From sequence record MT661596.1: a DNA stretch of 64,000 nt. The stretch is one strand, 5' to 3'. Below the pieces are notes generated by a model. The model did no database searches. It was not told the origin of the DNA and saw nothing but the letters and a program-made list of their open reading frames with translations. The translations under genes and the position numbers were made by a program. Numbering within the stretch: the stretch's first letter is position 1; the number at the start of each line of letters is the position of its first letter. Shown piece by piece: positions 47,335 to 58,606 of this stretch.

Positions 47335-49904
47335 TGGAGCGTGTTATGAGGGGTCCGTTAACTAACTATGCAATCGAAAATGCATGGGCTAACCCTCAAG
47401 CAGATAGACAACACGTTATTCAATTATCTCGTGTATCTCGCGACGTAGGTGCAATAAACTACGTCCGAGTTATGCAGGGCGATTACATGTTACCTACTCA
47501 AGGTGATTATTATCATGTATTCGTTATAGGGCAGAACCATCCATGGGTTTGGAACTTCGGTAATGAGTATATCACTCCACTACCTTATGAGTCATGGATA
47601 CCTGCTAGTGAGATGATGGAGCGCTTTCTGCTTGTTACCAATACCTACATGGATAACGGGGTTCAGTTCCCCACCACTGATGTTTATATTCGTAAGTGCT
47701 ATAATCACAACATCATTGTGGCGATACGTGAATTCCCTAACATGGTTGTTCCTCGTCTTGTTCCTGTGTATATGCGCGTATACAGTAATGCCCATTACGA
47801 TGACTTTAGGTCTGACACCAATAAAGAGGCAATAAAGTCATTTGGTGGTAGAATGTCTAAACCCAATCAAGTTCTTGATTGGCAGAACAAGTACCACAAA
47901 TTAAAAGAACTTCCAGGTAAGGCAATGGCATTTATTAACGGTTATCTTGTTGATGACTTCCCGCCTGGGTCTTATCGAAACAACGATTGGTTATCCGTGG
48001 TTTATGACGAATCTGTATTCCGTACTGTTGAACTTCCCATTAAACAAATGGAAACGTTTATGTCAGATATGGATAAACGTCGTAAGTACATTGTTCATCC
48101 AAGTAAGGTCACCTATCCTGACTTCGACTTTATTTATCATGATGATGTTGATTTTTATTTAATTGGTGAGAACGGTAAAGGTGTTTACTACAACCGTAAT
48201 CTTGCTGAAAATGTAAGACAGTTGACACACCATGATTACGCACTTGTTGTGGGTAATATTAGAAATCTCTGTGACACTAACCCTGGATTCGGTGACCCTA
48301 ATAAAGGTCGTATATTAGCAGTGATGCGGCGTGGTGGTAGAGCAAACCAACTTGTGTTTGATGACCAACGCGTCTTTGACTTATACAAGTTAAATGATAA
48401 ACAAATCATTGACGCTATGGTTAATGTGAATTCATTAATTCCTGAATGGACTGCTGCGCGTTTAGAAGACTCCAAGTATATGGAACTTCAGGGGTGCCAG
48501 TTTAAAGACCTTACAGAGCGTCTGGCTTACGAGGCGTTAGGCTACCACGCAAGCACCCGTGTTTCTTCAATGTCTCCATTACGTGTTGTTAAAACACCCC
48601 ACGGTAATTACGTTGACTTACCTCATTCCCTTGATAACAACTCAACAGTCTATGAATACGACAGTGAAGGTTTATATCTAGGTAATCAGTATCATCTAAT
48701 GGGTCGTCGTTACAGTCCAATGAATCCATCTTGTGACATGGTAGAAGTGCTGAGTGGTAAAGCAACTAAAGACCTTAACTACAAGTTTGGTAACGATGAC
48801 GTTGTACTTAACCCATCTTACGGGTATCGGTGCTACAGAACAACGTGGATTGATGGTGAACCCAATCACGATAACTGGATTGACTGTACTGCGGACAAAG
48901 ATATTGTTATTTTTGATAACGGTGTGCTTAAGTGGAAACACAATAAAGTTCGTTACGTCGGTCTTGTTATTATCAACGATGCTTTCCTTGGTTATGATTT
49001 TAAACTAAGTCCACCAGACCGCTCTTATACATTCGCAACAACTTACGAATGGGATAAAGGTGGTATGATGTCTAAGTTCCCTCTTGGTGATTTAGATATC
49101 ATAATGAACAAACGGTCACTTGTCCGTGGTCTTGACTACCACTTCAAATTTCCACGCGCTGTGATTTGCAATAAACTCTATTTAAACAAAGGTTATGAAC
49201 AGGACTTTGTACTTAAACATTACGGGTTCTGTACTGACAAATTAGAGTTGCAACCGGTTAATGAGTTTGGTTGGGTTTCTGCTGGCTCCCTTAGTGATGA
49301 TGATATACATCAATTAAGGAAAGACCGCGTCACTCGATGTGTTGTTGACGGTCGTATCTTTGATAGTAACGACCTCGTCTGGGCGGAAGAGATAAAGAAC
49401 GGTAAAGGTAAGTTATTCGATAAGCTTAATGGTAAGCCTTATCAGATAAGTAACGTCATGACATCAGTTCGTGACTCAATACCTTATGACACTTACTATA
49501 ATCGTGATAAGTCTCTGGATATGGATAAACGAGCAGGTGCTTATCTAACAGACAAATTAGCTCAGCAGGAATTACACGACCCTAGTGTCGCTGGTGATAA
49601 ATACATTCTTTATTCACCATTCCTAAATAAAGTCATTCACGATATTAAGTTGAAAGTCTTTATTGTGGGTAACCTGCCTGTCAGCGATGACCGACTCGAT
49701 AAGATGCTGTTTGCTTATAAATGGTGGTTAGATTTTGACCCTTGTGTTCAAGGTGTTAGTTTCGCTAACATCATCATCCACCCACACGCAAGCTTTGATA
49801 CCATTTCAGTTACTGCTAATGAATACAAAACATTAAATAGAATCATAGAGCTCTATTTAAATAATCGTGTTCAGTTATCAGGTCATGTGAATATTACAGG
49901 ATAA
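47334..49904 (+). CDS. baseplate-region structural protein (phiKZ gp27-like)
   Basis: 856 aa, AIENAWANPQADRQ start; synteny. Confidence 0.65.
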   Translation: MERVMRGPLTNYAIENAWANPQADRQHVIQLSRVSRDVGAINYVRVMQGDYMLPTQGDYYHVFVIGQNHPWVWNFGNEYITPLPYESWIPASEMMERFLLVTNTYMDNGVQFPTTDVYIRKCYNHNIIVAIREFPNMVVPRLVPVYMRVYSNAHYDDFRSDTNKEAIKSFGGRMSKPNQVLDWQNKYHKLKELPGKAMAFINGYLVDDFPPGSYRNNDWLSVVYDESVFRTVELPIKQMETFMSDMDKRRKYIVHPSKVTYPDFDFIYHDDVDFYLIGENGKGVYYNRNLAENVRQLTHHDYALVVGNIRNLCDTNPGFGDPNKGRILAVMRRGGRANQLVFDDQRVFDLYKLNDKQIIDAMVNVNSLIPEWTAARLEDSKYMELQGCQFKDLTERLAYEALGYHASTRVSSMSPLRVVKTPHGNYVDLPHSLDNNSTVYEYDSEGLYLGNQYHLMGRRYSPMNPSCDMVEVLSGKATKDLNYKFGNDDVVLNPSYGYRCYRTTWIDGEPNHDNWIDCTADKDIVIFDNGVLKWKHNKVRYVGLVIINDAFLGYDFKLSPPDRSYTFATTYEWDKGGMMSKFPLGDLDIIMNKRSLVRGLDYHFKFPRAVICNKLYLNKGYEQDFVLKHYGFCTDKLELQPVNEFGWVSAGSLSDDDIHQLRKDRVTRCVVDGRIFDSNDLVWAEEIKNGKGKLFDKLNGKPYQISNVMTSVRDSIPYDTYYNRDKSLDMDKRAGAYLTDKLAQQELHDPSVAGDKYILYSPFLNKVIHDIKLKVFIVGNLPVSDDRLDKMLFAYKWWLDFDPCVQGVSFANIIIHPHASFDTISVTANEYKTLNRIIELYLNNRVQLSGHVNITG

Positions 49905-49908
49905 TTCA

Positions 49909-51666
49909 ATGAATGAGATTGCAAAAGCGCTCGGGAACCTAAGTGGTACTACACCCGTAAAACCATCTATATTCAACGAGCCTATTTATCCACAACCAAA
50001 CGACATGTGGCGTATCTGGCACATAAAGTACATCTATAAAGGTAAGGAGTTCATGAAACCGGACTCCCCTGATGGTGTTGGTTGTTGGGTGCCTAAAATT
50101 GGTGACTTTGTTGTTGACCCAGCTCAAGGTTGGTTTATTGTCACCGACGTCGATATTGAAGGTAACCTTCATTCTAAGTTAAAGCCATGGTCTCCTATTG
50201 CAACCGATGGTGGTGACGAAGATGGGGACTTCAGTTTGCTTGGTGGTCATGTAGGTAACTACACCAGTGAGCAACTTATTTGTAGTGTCGATTATAGTCA
50301 AATGCCAGCTGTTATGGTGGTTGATAATCGCCTACAAGTATACGGTACAAACGTGGCAACAGCTAAGGTGTTTCTTAACAACGACATCGGTCCTAATGGC
50401 GAAGTCATCAGTTGTCGCTTTGACAACTCTGGTAACATCATCAGTGAAAACATGGAACTTGAGTTAATCGATGTTCCTGGCGTTAACAACCGTGCCATCT
50501 GGATACCTAAACCTTGTCACACTAATAAGCGATTACCTGACGGTGAAACAGCGACATTAGTGTTCTATGATAAAGAAGGTGGTTATATTCCGCCAGCGCA
50601 TCGAATGGTTATTCAGAACAGTGCCTTTATCAGACAAGCCGAAGCTCCTAAACGCTACGTTAAACGTGTTGAATTACTGACTCCTTTCCGTAGTGAGAAC
50701 GACCCTAACCTTATTGAACTTTCTGTTGACATCACATCAATCGCAGCGGTCGAGTGGGTTGGTCGTGTTTGGTATACAGATAATACTTATCGTGATTTAA
50801 GGGTTGATGGAACCAAGTTTATCTTAAATGGTTCTAAGGGGTATATACCTACTACAGCAGGTCAAGGTGCAAGCCTCATGTTGACCTATGTGCTAGGTGA
50901 AGGTGAGGCTGCTATACAAACCCACCCTGGTGAGCAACCTCATGTGTACGAACACTACCGTGTCAGAACAACAGCAGGTAACGGTTCGTATGCGCCTAAG
51001 TTGTTCGGTTACCCTGTATGGGTTAACGGGCGCTGGGAGATGAAGTGGTGGTTGTATAATCTTGCTCGCCAAATTGCTTATGAAGTAACTAGTAAAGTTG
51101 AAGTTGGTGTAGACTCTCCGCCATTTGACGGAAGCCGATTCGGTGCAGTTCAACACATGACATACGCCATCACCCTCTCAGATGTTGATGGGCGCTTTAA
51201 AGCATATCGCCATGTTCAGAATGTTGATATTACGTTATATCGTAACGACCCAACGTTGGATACTTCTTGGGTAGTAGGTTTTGAAGGTAGTAACACACCG
51301 TTCTACGGTGCGCAGGTTTATATGAACCTTGTATCTATGCAGGCAGGTAACCGTAAAGTTAATATTGCCAGTAAGCAAAAAGATTATAATGCGTGGTTGA
51401 ACATGATGTATTACAACATCAAACCTCTTTCATTTAATCCAATGCAGCAAGGTGGTGAAGACCGTGCTCCTGAACCAACTCACTTTATTATCCATGTTGA
51501 TGATAAGCATGAGTACCGTTACCCAATCGAGAACTGGAATAAAGACTTAACTATCGATGTTGATATTCCGTCTGGTACTACCGTGTTTGTTAAGTGGATT
51601 AAAATTGATGCTGGTGGTACAGAGTTACAACTTGGTATTTCTGGCTTAGTTGCTAAAAAACGTTAA
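49909..51666 (+). CDS. virion structural protein (phiKZ gp26-like)
   Basis: 585 aa, immediately before the terminase; synteny. Confidence 0.65.
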   Translation: MNEIAKALGNLSGTTPVKPSIFNEPIYPQPNDMWRIWHIKYIYKGKEFMKPDSPDGVGCWVPKIGDFVVDPAQGWFIVTDVDIEGNLHSKLKPWSPIATDGGDEDGDFSLLGGHVGNYTSEQLICSVDYSQMPAVMVVDNRLQVYGTNVATAKVFLNNDIGPNGEVISCRFDNSGNIISENMELELIDVPGVNNRAIWIPKPCHTNKRLPDGETATLVFYDKEGGYIPPAHRMVIQNSAFIRQAEAPKRYVKRVELLTPFRSENDPNLIELSVDITSIAAVEWVGRVWYTDNTYRDLRVDGTKFILNGSKGYIPTTAGQGASLMLTYVLGEGEAAIQTHPGEQPHVYEHYRVRTTAGNGSYAPKLFGYPVWVNGRWEMKWWLYNLARQIAYEVTSKVEVGVDSPPFDGSRFGAVQHMTYAITLSDVDGRFKAYRHVQNVDITLYRNDPTLDTSWVVGFEGSNTPFYGAQVYMNLVSMQAGNRKVNIASKQKDYNAWLNMMYYNIKPLSFNPMQQGGEDRAPEPTHFIIHVDDKHEYRYPIENWNKDLTIDVDIPSGTTVFVKWIKIDAGGTELQLGISGLVAKKR

Positions 51667-51717
51667 TAAAAAATAATTAGGTACGTTGATGGGGTTACCC
51701 ATCAACTACCTATCAAG

Positions 51718-53928
51718 GTGTCGATTATGATTATTTATAAAGACGATTGGATTAAGTATAAGACTGTCCCCCACGTCCATTACGAAACACGAAATGACTC
51801 GTTCTTACAGATGGCAAGTAAGTACCACGAGATGGGTGTGGAGAACTGTTTATTCCACTTGTCCTTATTCAATCGTGACCTTATTGATGTTGACCCACAT
51901 GACCCTAACTTAACCAACGAACAAAAACAAGCTGTTGCCATAGAGTGTAGTCAGAACTTCTGGTACTTTATTCGTGAGGTTGTACGGATAAACGTTAAGG
52001 GTGTGGATGGTGGTATTTCGTATAAAGCCAACCGTGGTAACTTAGCCATGAGTTGGTTGTATCTTGCACACATCGATACATTCTTGATACAACCACGACA
52101 AACAGGTAAGTCTGTTTCAACTGACTGTATCATGCTCTGGCTCATTTATTTTGGTACAAAGAATAACTCCTTTACACTTATTACGTTAGGTCACCTTAGA
52201 CCTGAAAACATTAAACGCCTTAAAGAGATGCGGGACTTACTCCCTAAATACCTCTTGGCAAAATCAAATAAAGACCCAGATAACTCCGAATGGATAGGGT
52301 ATAGTAAATTAAGTAATGTTTATAAAGCTGTAATCGCTCAGGGTAATGAGACTGCTGCTAACAACCTTGGTCGTGGTATCACAACAGCAACAGTGCATGT
52401 GGATGAAGGTCCTTTCTTAAACTTTATTGATGTCACTATTCCAGCAGCACTGAACGCAACGACTACAGCCCGTACACTTGCTGAACAGAATGGAACACCT
52501 CACGGTAACATATTCACCACAACAGCTGGTCGTAAGGATTCACGGGAGGGTAAATATTACTACAACATTCTTTCTGAAGCCGCAGTCTGGACAGAGAAAT
52601 TCCTTGATTGTAAAGACTTTAAAGATTTATCTGAAACAATCATGGCTAACTCTCGTGGGCAAGCAACTGAAGCACCTTCTGTTAACATCACCTTGTCACA
52701 CAGACAACTTGGTTATACCGATGAATGGCTTCGTAAGAAAATAGCTCAAAACAAGAACAGTAAGGATGCAGCAGAGCGAGACTACTTTAATAAGTGGACG
52801 TCTGGTAATTTAACGTCTCCACTCTCCATTGCACTTAACGAAAAGGTAACTGCTTCATTAAGGGAACCTGTTTGGACACAAGTCACTAAACAGAAGTACA
52901 TGATTAACTGGTATATTAGCAAAGCCGATATAGAGTTAAACAAAACGTCGACGCACTATATACTCGGTATGGATACTTCTGACGCAACATCAACAGGTGA
53001 TGGAATGGCGATTGTCTTTAGGGACATTCGTGACCTGGGTGTTGTTGCAACAATGAACTTTAGAAACACGAACCTTATGAACGTGGGTGGTTTATTAGCC
53101 GACCTGTTAACCGAACATCGTAACAGTACGTTAATTATTGAGCGTAACCGCGCTCAAGCGCTAATTGATAAACTATTGATAGAATTACCTGCTAGAGGAA
53201 TAGACCCGTTCAAGCGTCTCTATAACACGCTTGTCAACGACCAAACTATTCGTCGCGCGGAGTTTGCCGAGTTACAAGCACCATTAAGTTCAAGAACTCA
53301 GGAGTTCTACGATTCAAAACGTACCTCTTTTGGTTTCTGGACCGGTAGTAATTCCCGTGCAATTCTCTACGGTAATACATTACAAGAAGCGGCTAAAATG
53401 ACAGGTTATGCTGTCAGGGATAAAACTCTTATAGACCAAATAGTTGGATTGGTTGCCAAAAATGGTCGTGTTGACCATAAATCCGGTAGTCATGATGACT
53501 TGGTTATCGCTTGGTTATTATCTCACTGGTTTGCTATTGAGGCAAGACATCACGATTGGTACGGTATTGATAAATCCAAAGTTATGTCTGTCAAAGAACG
53601 TGAAGTCGGATATTCTCCTGAAGAAGAAGCCTGGATGGATTATCAAGGTCGATTACAAGATGAAGTTAATGACATCATGGAGCAACTCAAAACAGCGACA
53701 AACCCGCAAATAGTTACACGGTTAGAACGTAAACTGGTTCACATTAAATCCCAGATTGTCGACATGGGTAGTGAGGCACAGACCATTGACCAGTTACTTG
53801 CTGAAGCCGCAGAAGAGCGTATGGTGCGCAGTAGAACTAACAGGCTTAATAATAATAGCTTGAGAAGGGGTATGGGTCATAGACCTCCTGGGCATCGTTC
53901 TATGCACGCTGGCAGAGGTTTCTGGTAA
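51718..53928 (+). CDS. terL: terminase large subunit
   Basis: Walker A QPRQTGKS, Walker B VHVDEG, nuclease ILGMDTS and HDDLVIAWL. Confidence 0.95.
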   Translation: MSIMIIYKDDWIKYKTVPHVHYETRNDSFLQMASKYHEMGVENCLFHLSLFNRDLIDVDPHDPNLTNEQKQAVAIECSQNFWYFIREVVRINVKGVDGGISYKANRGNLAMSWLYLAHIDTFLIQPRQTGKSVSTDCIMLWLIYFGTKNNSFTLITLGHLRPENIKRLKEMRDLLPKYLLAKSNKDPDNSEWIGYSKLSNVYKAVIAQGNETAANNLGRGITTATVHVDEGPFLNFIDVTIPAALNATTTARTLAEQNGTPHGNIFTTTAGRKDSREGKYYYNILSEAAVWTEKFLDCKDFKDLSETIMANSRGQATEAPSVNITLSHRQLGYTDEWLRKKIAQNKNSKDAAERDYFNKWTSGNLTSPLSIALNEKVTASLREPVWTQVTKQKYMINWYISKADIELNKTSTHYILGMDTSDATSTGDGMAIVFRDIRDLGVVATMNFRNTNLMNVGGLLADLLTEHRNSTLIIERNRAQALIDKLLIELPARGIDPFKRLYNTLVNDQTIRRAEFAELQAPLSSRTQEFYDSKRTSFGFWTGSNSRAILYGNTLQEAAKMTGYAVRDKTLIDQIVGLVAKNGRVDHKSGSHDDLVIAWLLSHWFAIEARHHDWYGIDKSKVMSVKEREVGYSPEEEAWMDYQGRLQDEVNDIMEQLKTATNPQIVTRLERKLVHIKSQIVDMGSEAQTIDQLLAEAAEERMVRSRTNRLNNNSLRRGMGHRPPGHRSMHAGRGFW

Positions 53929-53998
53929 TATTTAAAAAGTGACATTATTGATAAACTATATAAGTAGTGTCACTTTAATTTATTTATAGAGGTAAAAC

Positions 53999-54301
53999 AT
54001 GGTTAATCCTGAAGATGATATTCGGGTAGCGAGTAATTTGCTACATCAGCTTGAAGTATCTGACATAACACCAAAACCGGATAATACTATTCGCGAAGGT
54101 GAGATTGAGTTAGCAGACAGAATTATTAGTAAGTTATCTCGTAACTTACACACACCTGATGGCTATAACAACGAATCATTTATTAACGCATTGAGTGCAT
54201 GCGGTTATACGTTGTTGTTCTTAGTCAACGATTTATTCTCCTGCCAATTATTTGGTTTGCAGACAACAAAAGGTATGTTAGTTATCGAACCAAAAAGGTA
54301 G
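53999..54301 (+). CDS. hypothetical protein
   Basis: 100 aa, GAGG RBS. Confidence 0.65.
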   Translation: MVNPEDDIRVASNLLHQLEVSDITPKPDNTIREGEIELADRIISKLSRNLHTPDGYNNESFINALSACGYTLLFLVNDLFSCQLFGLQTTKGMLVIEPKR

Positions 54302-54313
54302 ATAATGAAAAAA

Positions 54314-54356
54314 GTCGACATAAGTGGCAGCCCACTTAGGGCTGCCTTTATGCCGT
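54314..54356. terminator. bidirectional terminator
   Basis: gtcgacataa + ggcagccc-actta-gggctgcc + tttatgccg, between convergent genes. Confidence 0.8.
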
Positions 54357-54358
54357 TT

Positions 54359-55327
54359 TTATTTTAACGAAGCTAAAATCCATTGCTCTAGCGCACGGGC
54401 TAAATTGAACAGATGCTCAGCCATTTTATTTGCTCGTGTACTTGGACCTTCATGTAGTACATCCCAATACACACCATATAAGCGATTGCTCTGTTCTTTT
54501 GTTAAACCTTCACCTGGTTCTATGAATAAATCCTGACCACCGCCAAAATCAATACGGGCATCTTCAGCTAATCTTTCCAGATTCACACAAGCTTCCATTA
54601 GAGATGTAATAAGTTCAGCTACATCTTTAACAGTCTCTTTGGTCAATGCCTGGAAACTTGATTCTTTTGACACTGGGTATTCAGGGATGGATACTTCATC
54701 ACAGGCTGCTGGATTTTCTGTGCCTGCTGCTTTCATAAACGCATCGATGGCTTTCTTAAAGGCATCACTGGTCATATCGTCTGACTCATCAACCACAGCT
54801 TCAGCTGAATCTTCAACTTTAGTCCAGAAATCACAAACAATTTTAAGTTGTGCTTTTAACGTGTCTTCGAAAAGTTTGATTTGTGACTCAGTTGCAGTTT
54901 TAACACTGTCTAAATCATCACCTGCGACAAGTTTACCCAATTCAGGTACAGACACCTTACCAAATTTGAATGTTTGCTTTTCAACCCATGCATCAGAACC
55001 GTAAGTTTTCTTAACTTCATCGCTGACGGCTTTTGTGGTTGATTTCAGTAATGGGTCTGCCTTACCTGATTTAAGAATGTTTTTCAAACCCTTGATGCCA
55101 GATTTAATCTTTTCAATTAAATCTTTAATACCCTCTTGACCAGACCCAAGTTTATAATGGTCAGGGTAAGCTGTTGCGAAATAACGTTCTGCAAGTTTAT
55201 CGGATGGGGCGTCAAGCGACTCCATACCACAGCCAATAGTTGAATCCGCATAAGTCTGGATTAAGTTTAAATCTGATTCTAGTTTTTCAATACCACCTGA
55301 AAGTGTTTCAAACTTATTGATAATCAT
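54359..55327 (-). CDS. probable head/inner-body paralogue with propeptide
   Basis: CGMES and GQEG motifs near the N-terminus, then the IKDLIEKIKSGIK helix typical of jumbo-phage head paralogues. Confidence 0.6.
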   Translation of the reverse strand: MIINKFETLSGGIEKLESDLNLIQTYADSTIGCGMESLDAPSDKLAERYFATAYPDHYKLGSGQEGIKDLIEKIKSGIKGLKNILKSGKADPLLKSTTKAVSDEVKKTYGSDAWVEKQTFKFGKVSVPELGKLVAGDDLDSVKTATESQIKLFEDTLKAQLKIVCDFWTKVEDSAEAVVDESDDMTSDAFKKAIDAFMKAAGTENPAACDEVSIPEYPVSKESSFQALTKETVKDVAELITSLMEACVNLERLAEDARIDFGGGQDLFIEPGEGLTKEQSNRLYGVYWDVLHEGPSTRANKMAEHLFNLARALEQWILASLK

Positions 55328-55330
55328 AGG

Positions 55331-56680
55331 TTACCCCGTATAATAATTCATTGTTAATGTTCTTGCAACAATGTATAAGAAAATACCAACACGTATTGCT
55401 GCGACGGTTGACTCTGTTCTTATACCTGTAGCGGTTGTCACGATAACATCGCCGTATTCCCGCATCTTAAGGACACTTTCATTTGAAGTGCGACTGGATT
55501 TGTAGGCACCACGCATTCTACTTATGACCTCAGGCAAGTCATTAATCTTAAGATTCTTCTGTTGAGACACATATTCAAACAGATGTTGAATAGTTTCCTC
55601 TAACAACCCGTCAATAATACCTGATTTATCATAGGCGTAGTTTTCGGACATGTATTTAAGTACATCTGCCATAGGTTCTGGCGGGACAGATGTATTGTAT
55701 TTAATAATGATGTCAGCAAGTTCTGGTCGATACCAGTCTGACGTCACACCAATTACATTTCTAATATAACGAACATATTTGGTTACCGTCTTTTCAACAT
55801 CACGAATATGTTTAACACCGTCAAGTTCGATTGTCGCTTTTGAGTCAATCACCATGGCTTCTTTTAACTTTACAGTATGGAAAACATTGTTGATTGAATT
55901 AACTACGTCCCGTAACCGGTCTTGAACATCACCCACCATATAGACAACAGCTTTATCATCTATCATCTTAACATAGGTGTTGTAATGGATACCTGTACCT
56001 TTAGTGATAATGGATTTGGCTCTCATGTCAATAAGCTTTTTCCATGACCCGGCTACCTTTAAGTCAAACTTCTTACTTAATTGCTTATAGGTTTCCATAG
56101 CAGTCGACTTGTTGGCTGGGTATGGGTAATCGTTAGCCAGTATTGATGAAAGACATTGATAGTGGAATATGCGTACGACATTCATCTTGGCTTCTTCTAT
56201 TTCTGCTTGTGACAGAATCTTAGAGTGGTGCAAGATATGAAGTAGATAAGGCATTGACATTCTGAAGACGTCGCCTGTAACGTGGAATTTAGGGTTAACC
56301 CAGAAAGTACCGTGAACGTCGGTGGTTAGGTCTGCTTCATCACAATCCATTATGGTGTCAAACCATTCGTTTCTATCCGCCGTTGTGAAACGAATTGGGT
56401 AGACGCCTATTAGGTTACCTCCAAAGAAATTAATATGGTCTTGGTTCTTTGTTAAAAAACGCTGTGCGTATAACTGAAGCTCTTTAGCTAGGCGTTTATC
56501 AGCGATTAGATTTGGGCAGTTTTTAGCATAAGCTTCTTTGATACTCATGCCGTTATCTTTACCATTGATTGCCTCGTTGCCATATCCTAAAGTAAAGAAA
56601 CCATCACTAACCTCTAATGCGTGTCTATTACCGTAATGCTGTCTAAGAGCTAATAGAAGCTCATTCTCGCGCATAATCAA
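55331..56680 (-). CDS. conserved phiKZ-like virion protein
   Basis: 449 aa; KNQDHINFFGGNLIGVYPIRF motif; N-terminal YGNE. Confidence 0.6.
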   Translation of the reverse strand: MIMRENELLLALRQHYGNRHALEVSDGFFTLGYGNEAINGKDNGMSIKEAYAKNCPNLIADKRLAKELQLYAQRFLTKNQDHINFFGGNLIGVYPIRFTTADRNEWFDTIMDCDEADLTTDVHGTFWVNPKFHVTGDVFRMSMPYLLHILHHSKILSQAEIEEAKMNVVRIFHYQCLSSILANDYPYPANKSTAMETYKQLSKKFDLKVAGSWKKLIDMRAKSIITKGTGIHYNTYVKMIDDKAVVYMVGDVQDRLRDVVNSINNVFHTVKLKEAMVIDSKATIELDGVKHIRDVEKTVTKYVRYIRNVIGVTSDWYRPELADIIIKYNTSVPPEPMADVLKYMSENYAYDKSGIIDGLLEETIQHLFEYVSQQKNLKINDLPEVISRMRGAYKSSRTSNESVLKMREYGDVIVTTATGIRTESTVAAIRVGIFLYIVARTLTMNYYTG

Positions 56681-56750
56681 TCCTCATTGTAGTTTGTTAC
56701 AAACCTATATTATCAATGAGAATAAGCTAATTAATAACGAGGTAATAAAC

Positions 56751-57620
56751 ATGCGTATCATTGGAACCGCCGCTTTTTCACGACTGGTTCGTGATAATAT
56801 TCAGATGACTAACGGAAGTACATTGTTTAAAGTGTTTTATGGACATAGAAAAACAGGACATAATCAAATACCTTTGTACTTCTACCGTTCGGATAACGCT
56901 TCAAATTTAAAACCTATACTAACTCCAATGTGCACTGATATTGTTTACGACCAGAACACACATGGTGAATTAGTGAAATCTTTTTCTGGCGATGGGTCAA
57001 ATTCAGACCGTGGTTGCTTTGTGGCTGTCGACGTCAATAATAGCAGTATGTCAAAGGAAACAGACAAACTCATCTCTACGGACTATATAGGTGCTTTAAA
57101 GATGATAGAAGAGCGTCAGTACGGACTGACTAGATACATTATCGATGAAAACTCTGATAATTATATCGGGTCTACAAATAACCCATCTGAAATAGCTGGT
57201 ATCATCGATAAAGGTATGTCTCACAATAGAACCTTTATCATGTTTGAATTGAATGGTGTTTTAAATGTTGTTATCGTCACCCGAATGGTTGAAGATTCTC
57301 TACTGCGATTAGTTCGCTATGACCGTAAAAGTGGTTGTGCTTATTTTGCTGGAACCATCTCCGGTAAAGCGGTTTACCAGAAAGTATTATTAAAACCAAG
57401 TATCAATGTTGGTGATGCTAAGTTTATTGAACATGTAAACTCAACGACTCGTGGTATTACACAGAAAGACTTGTGGTGGATTCGTCACAACGGTGTCATA
57501 GCTCATCACGCTGGAAACAGTTTACTCTTACACTCTCCGTCTGTTAGCCCTATGGGTTACAATACAGATATACTCACCCCGACTTATGATTATATCCTTA
57601 ATCGAAAATCTGTAATTTGA
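56751..57620 (+). CDS. hypothetical protein
   Basis: GAGG RBS before ATG 56751 (track start 56694). Confidence 0.65.
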   Translation: MRIIGTAAFSRLVRDNIQMTNGSTLFKVFYGHRKTGHNQIPLYFYRSDNASNLKPILTPMCTDIVYDQNTHGELVKSFSGDGSNSDRGCFVAVDVNNSSMSKETDKLISTDYIGALKMIEERQYGLTRYIIDENSDNYIGSTNNPSEIAGIIDKGMSHNRTFIMFELNGVLNVVIVTRMVEDSLLRLVRYDRKSGCAYFAGTISGKAVYQKVLLKPSINVGDAKFIEHVNSTTRGITQKDLWWIRHNGVIAHHAGNSLLLHSPSVSPMGYNTDILTPTYDYILNRKSVI

Positions 57621-57646
57621 TAATGCTATCATAGGAGTGATGTTTT

Positions 57647-58039
57647 ATGTTATCAACTACAAAACCTATTTTAAAACTTATTCATGTTGTAAACCTTAAT
57701 GACCTTAATGAAGAACCTGTTTTATTAACAAATTTATTTTCAGGTAAACTCACTTGGGGTGTTAAATACTCAACAGAAAATAATAAACCTGGTGTTAAGC
57801 CAAAAGTAATTCGCCTTGGTGATTATGTGGCTATCCACAATGACAATACTGTTAGTGTCTTGGATTGTGTAGAAGGGAGCCGCCTAGTTGAGACTGTCAT
57901 CAACTTAGCTCCTACTCATTATACCCCAGTAAAACCACCAACCCGTTTAGAAGACTTAATCACTGAACCAGTAGCTTGTTCTAAAGAAGAGCTTGCTGCC
58001 GCTGCTATTAAATTGATTAAACAATTAGTAACTAAGTAA
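57647..58039 (+). CDS. hypothetical protein
   Basis: 130 aa, AGGAG RBS. Confidence 0.7.
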   Translation: MLSTTKPILKLIHVVNLNDLNEEPVLLTNLFSGKLTWGVKYSTENNKPGVKPKVIRLGDYVAIHNDNTVSVLDCVEGSRLVETVINLAPTHYTPVKPPTRLEDLITEPVACSKEELAAAAIKLIKQLVTK

Positions 58040-58154
58040 TAACTTACAGACTTAGTTGATTAGTATGTAAAGATTTTAAATAATCTGTTTTAGCGAGCTT
58101 ACGCTAACGAGAGTCTTTATATATGCCGTTTAAATAATTAATAAGGTAATTATT

Positions 58155-58517
58155 GTGAATACTATTTTTAATACTAAGGGTGTTATAGTAAAAGCATTAG
58201 AAGTGACTATGGACAATAGTCGTAGTGAACAACTACGACCTAAACCTGGTACAGTTGCTGAATTAACTTGGGAAGGTATTATAGAACCTTACATGACAGG
58301 TTTCAAATGCGGTGCCCATGTCTATGATTATGGTTCTGTTGTTTTACTTGGTGAGAACAAGCGTGTGATTGGGATTGTTGATAGTGCGGTGGGTACTGTC
58401 ATCAATTCTACAATCTCTGTTAAAGCTGAAACGGATATAGACGCGTTAGCTGCTACTATTCGTAATCTGGATAACAAAAGCATTGCAGAGTTATTCACGT
58501 TAGCATTTGTACGGTGA
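58155..58517 (+). CDS. hypothetical protein
   Basis: 120 aa, AAGG RBS with GTG start. Confidence 0.65.
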   Translation: MNTIFNTKGVIVKALEVTMDNSRSEQLRPKPGTVAELTWEGIIEPYMTGFKCGAHVYDYGSVVLLGENKRVIGIVDSAVGTVINSTISVKAETDIDALAATIRNLDNKSIAELFTLAFVR

Positions 58518-58606
58518 TAGTTACAGTGTTAGGGGTAATCACCCCTAACCTTAATTTCTTTTTTTTTGTACTCAACACTCTATTGTATGGTAAACAACTC
58601 AGAAAT

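Noticed and set aside
51718-53928. Intron or intein in the terminase
   Set aside because: Single ORF of ordinary length with ATPase and nuclease motifs at the expected spacing
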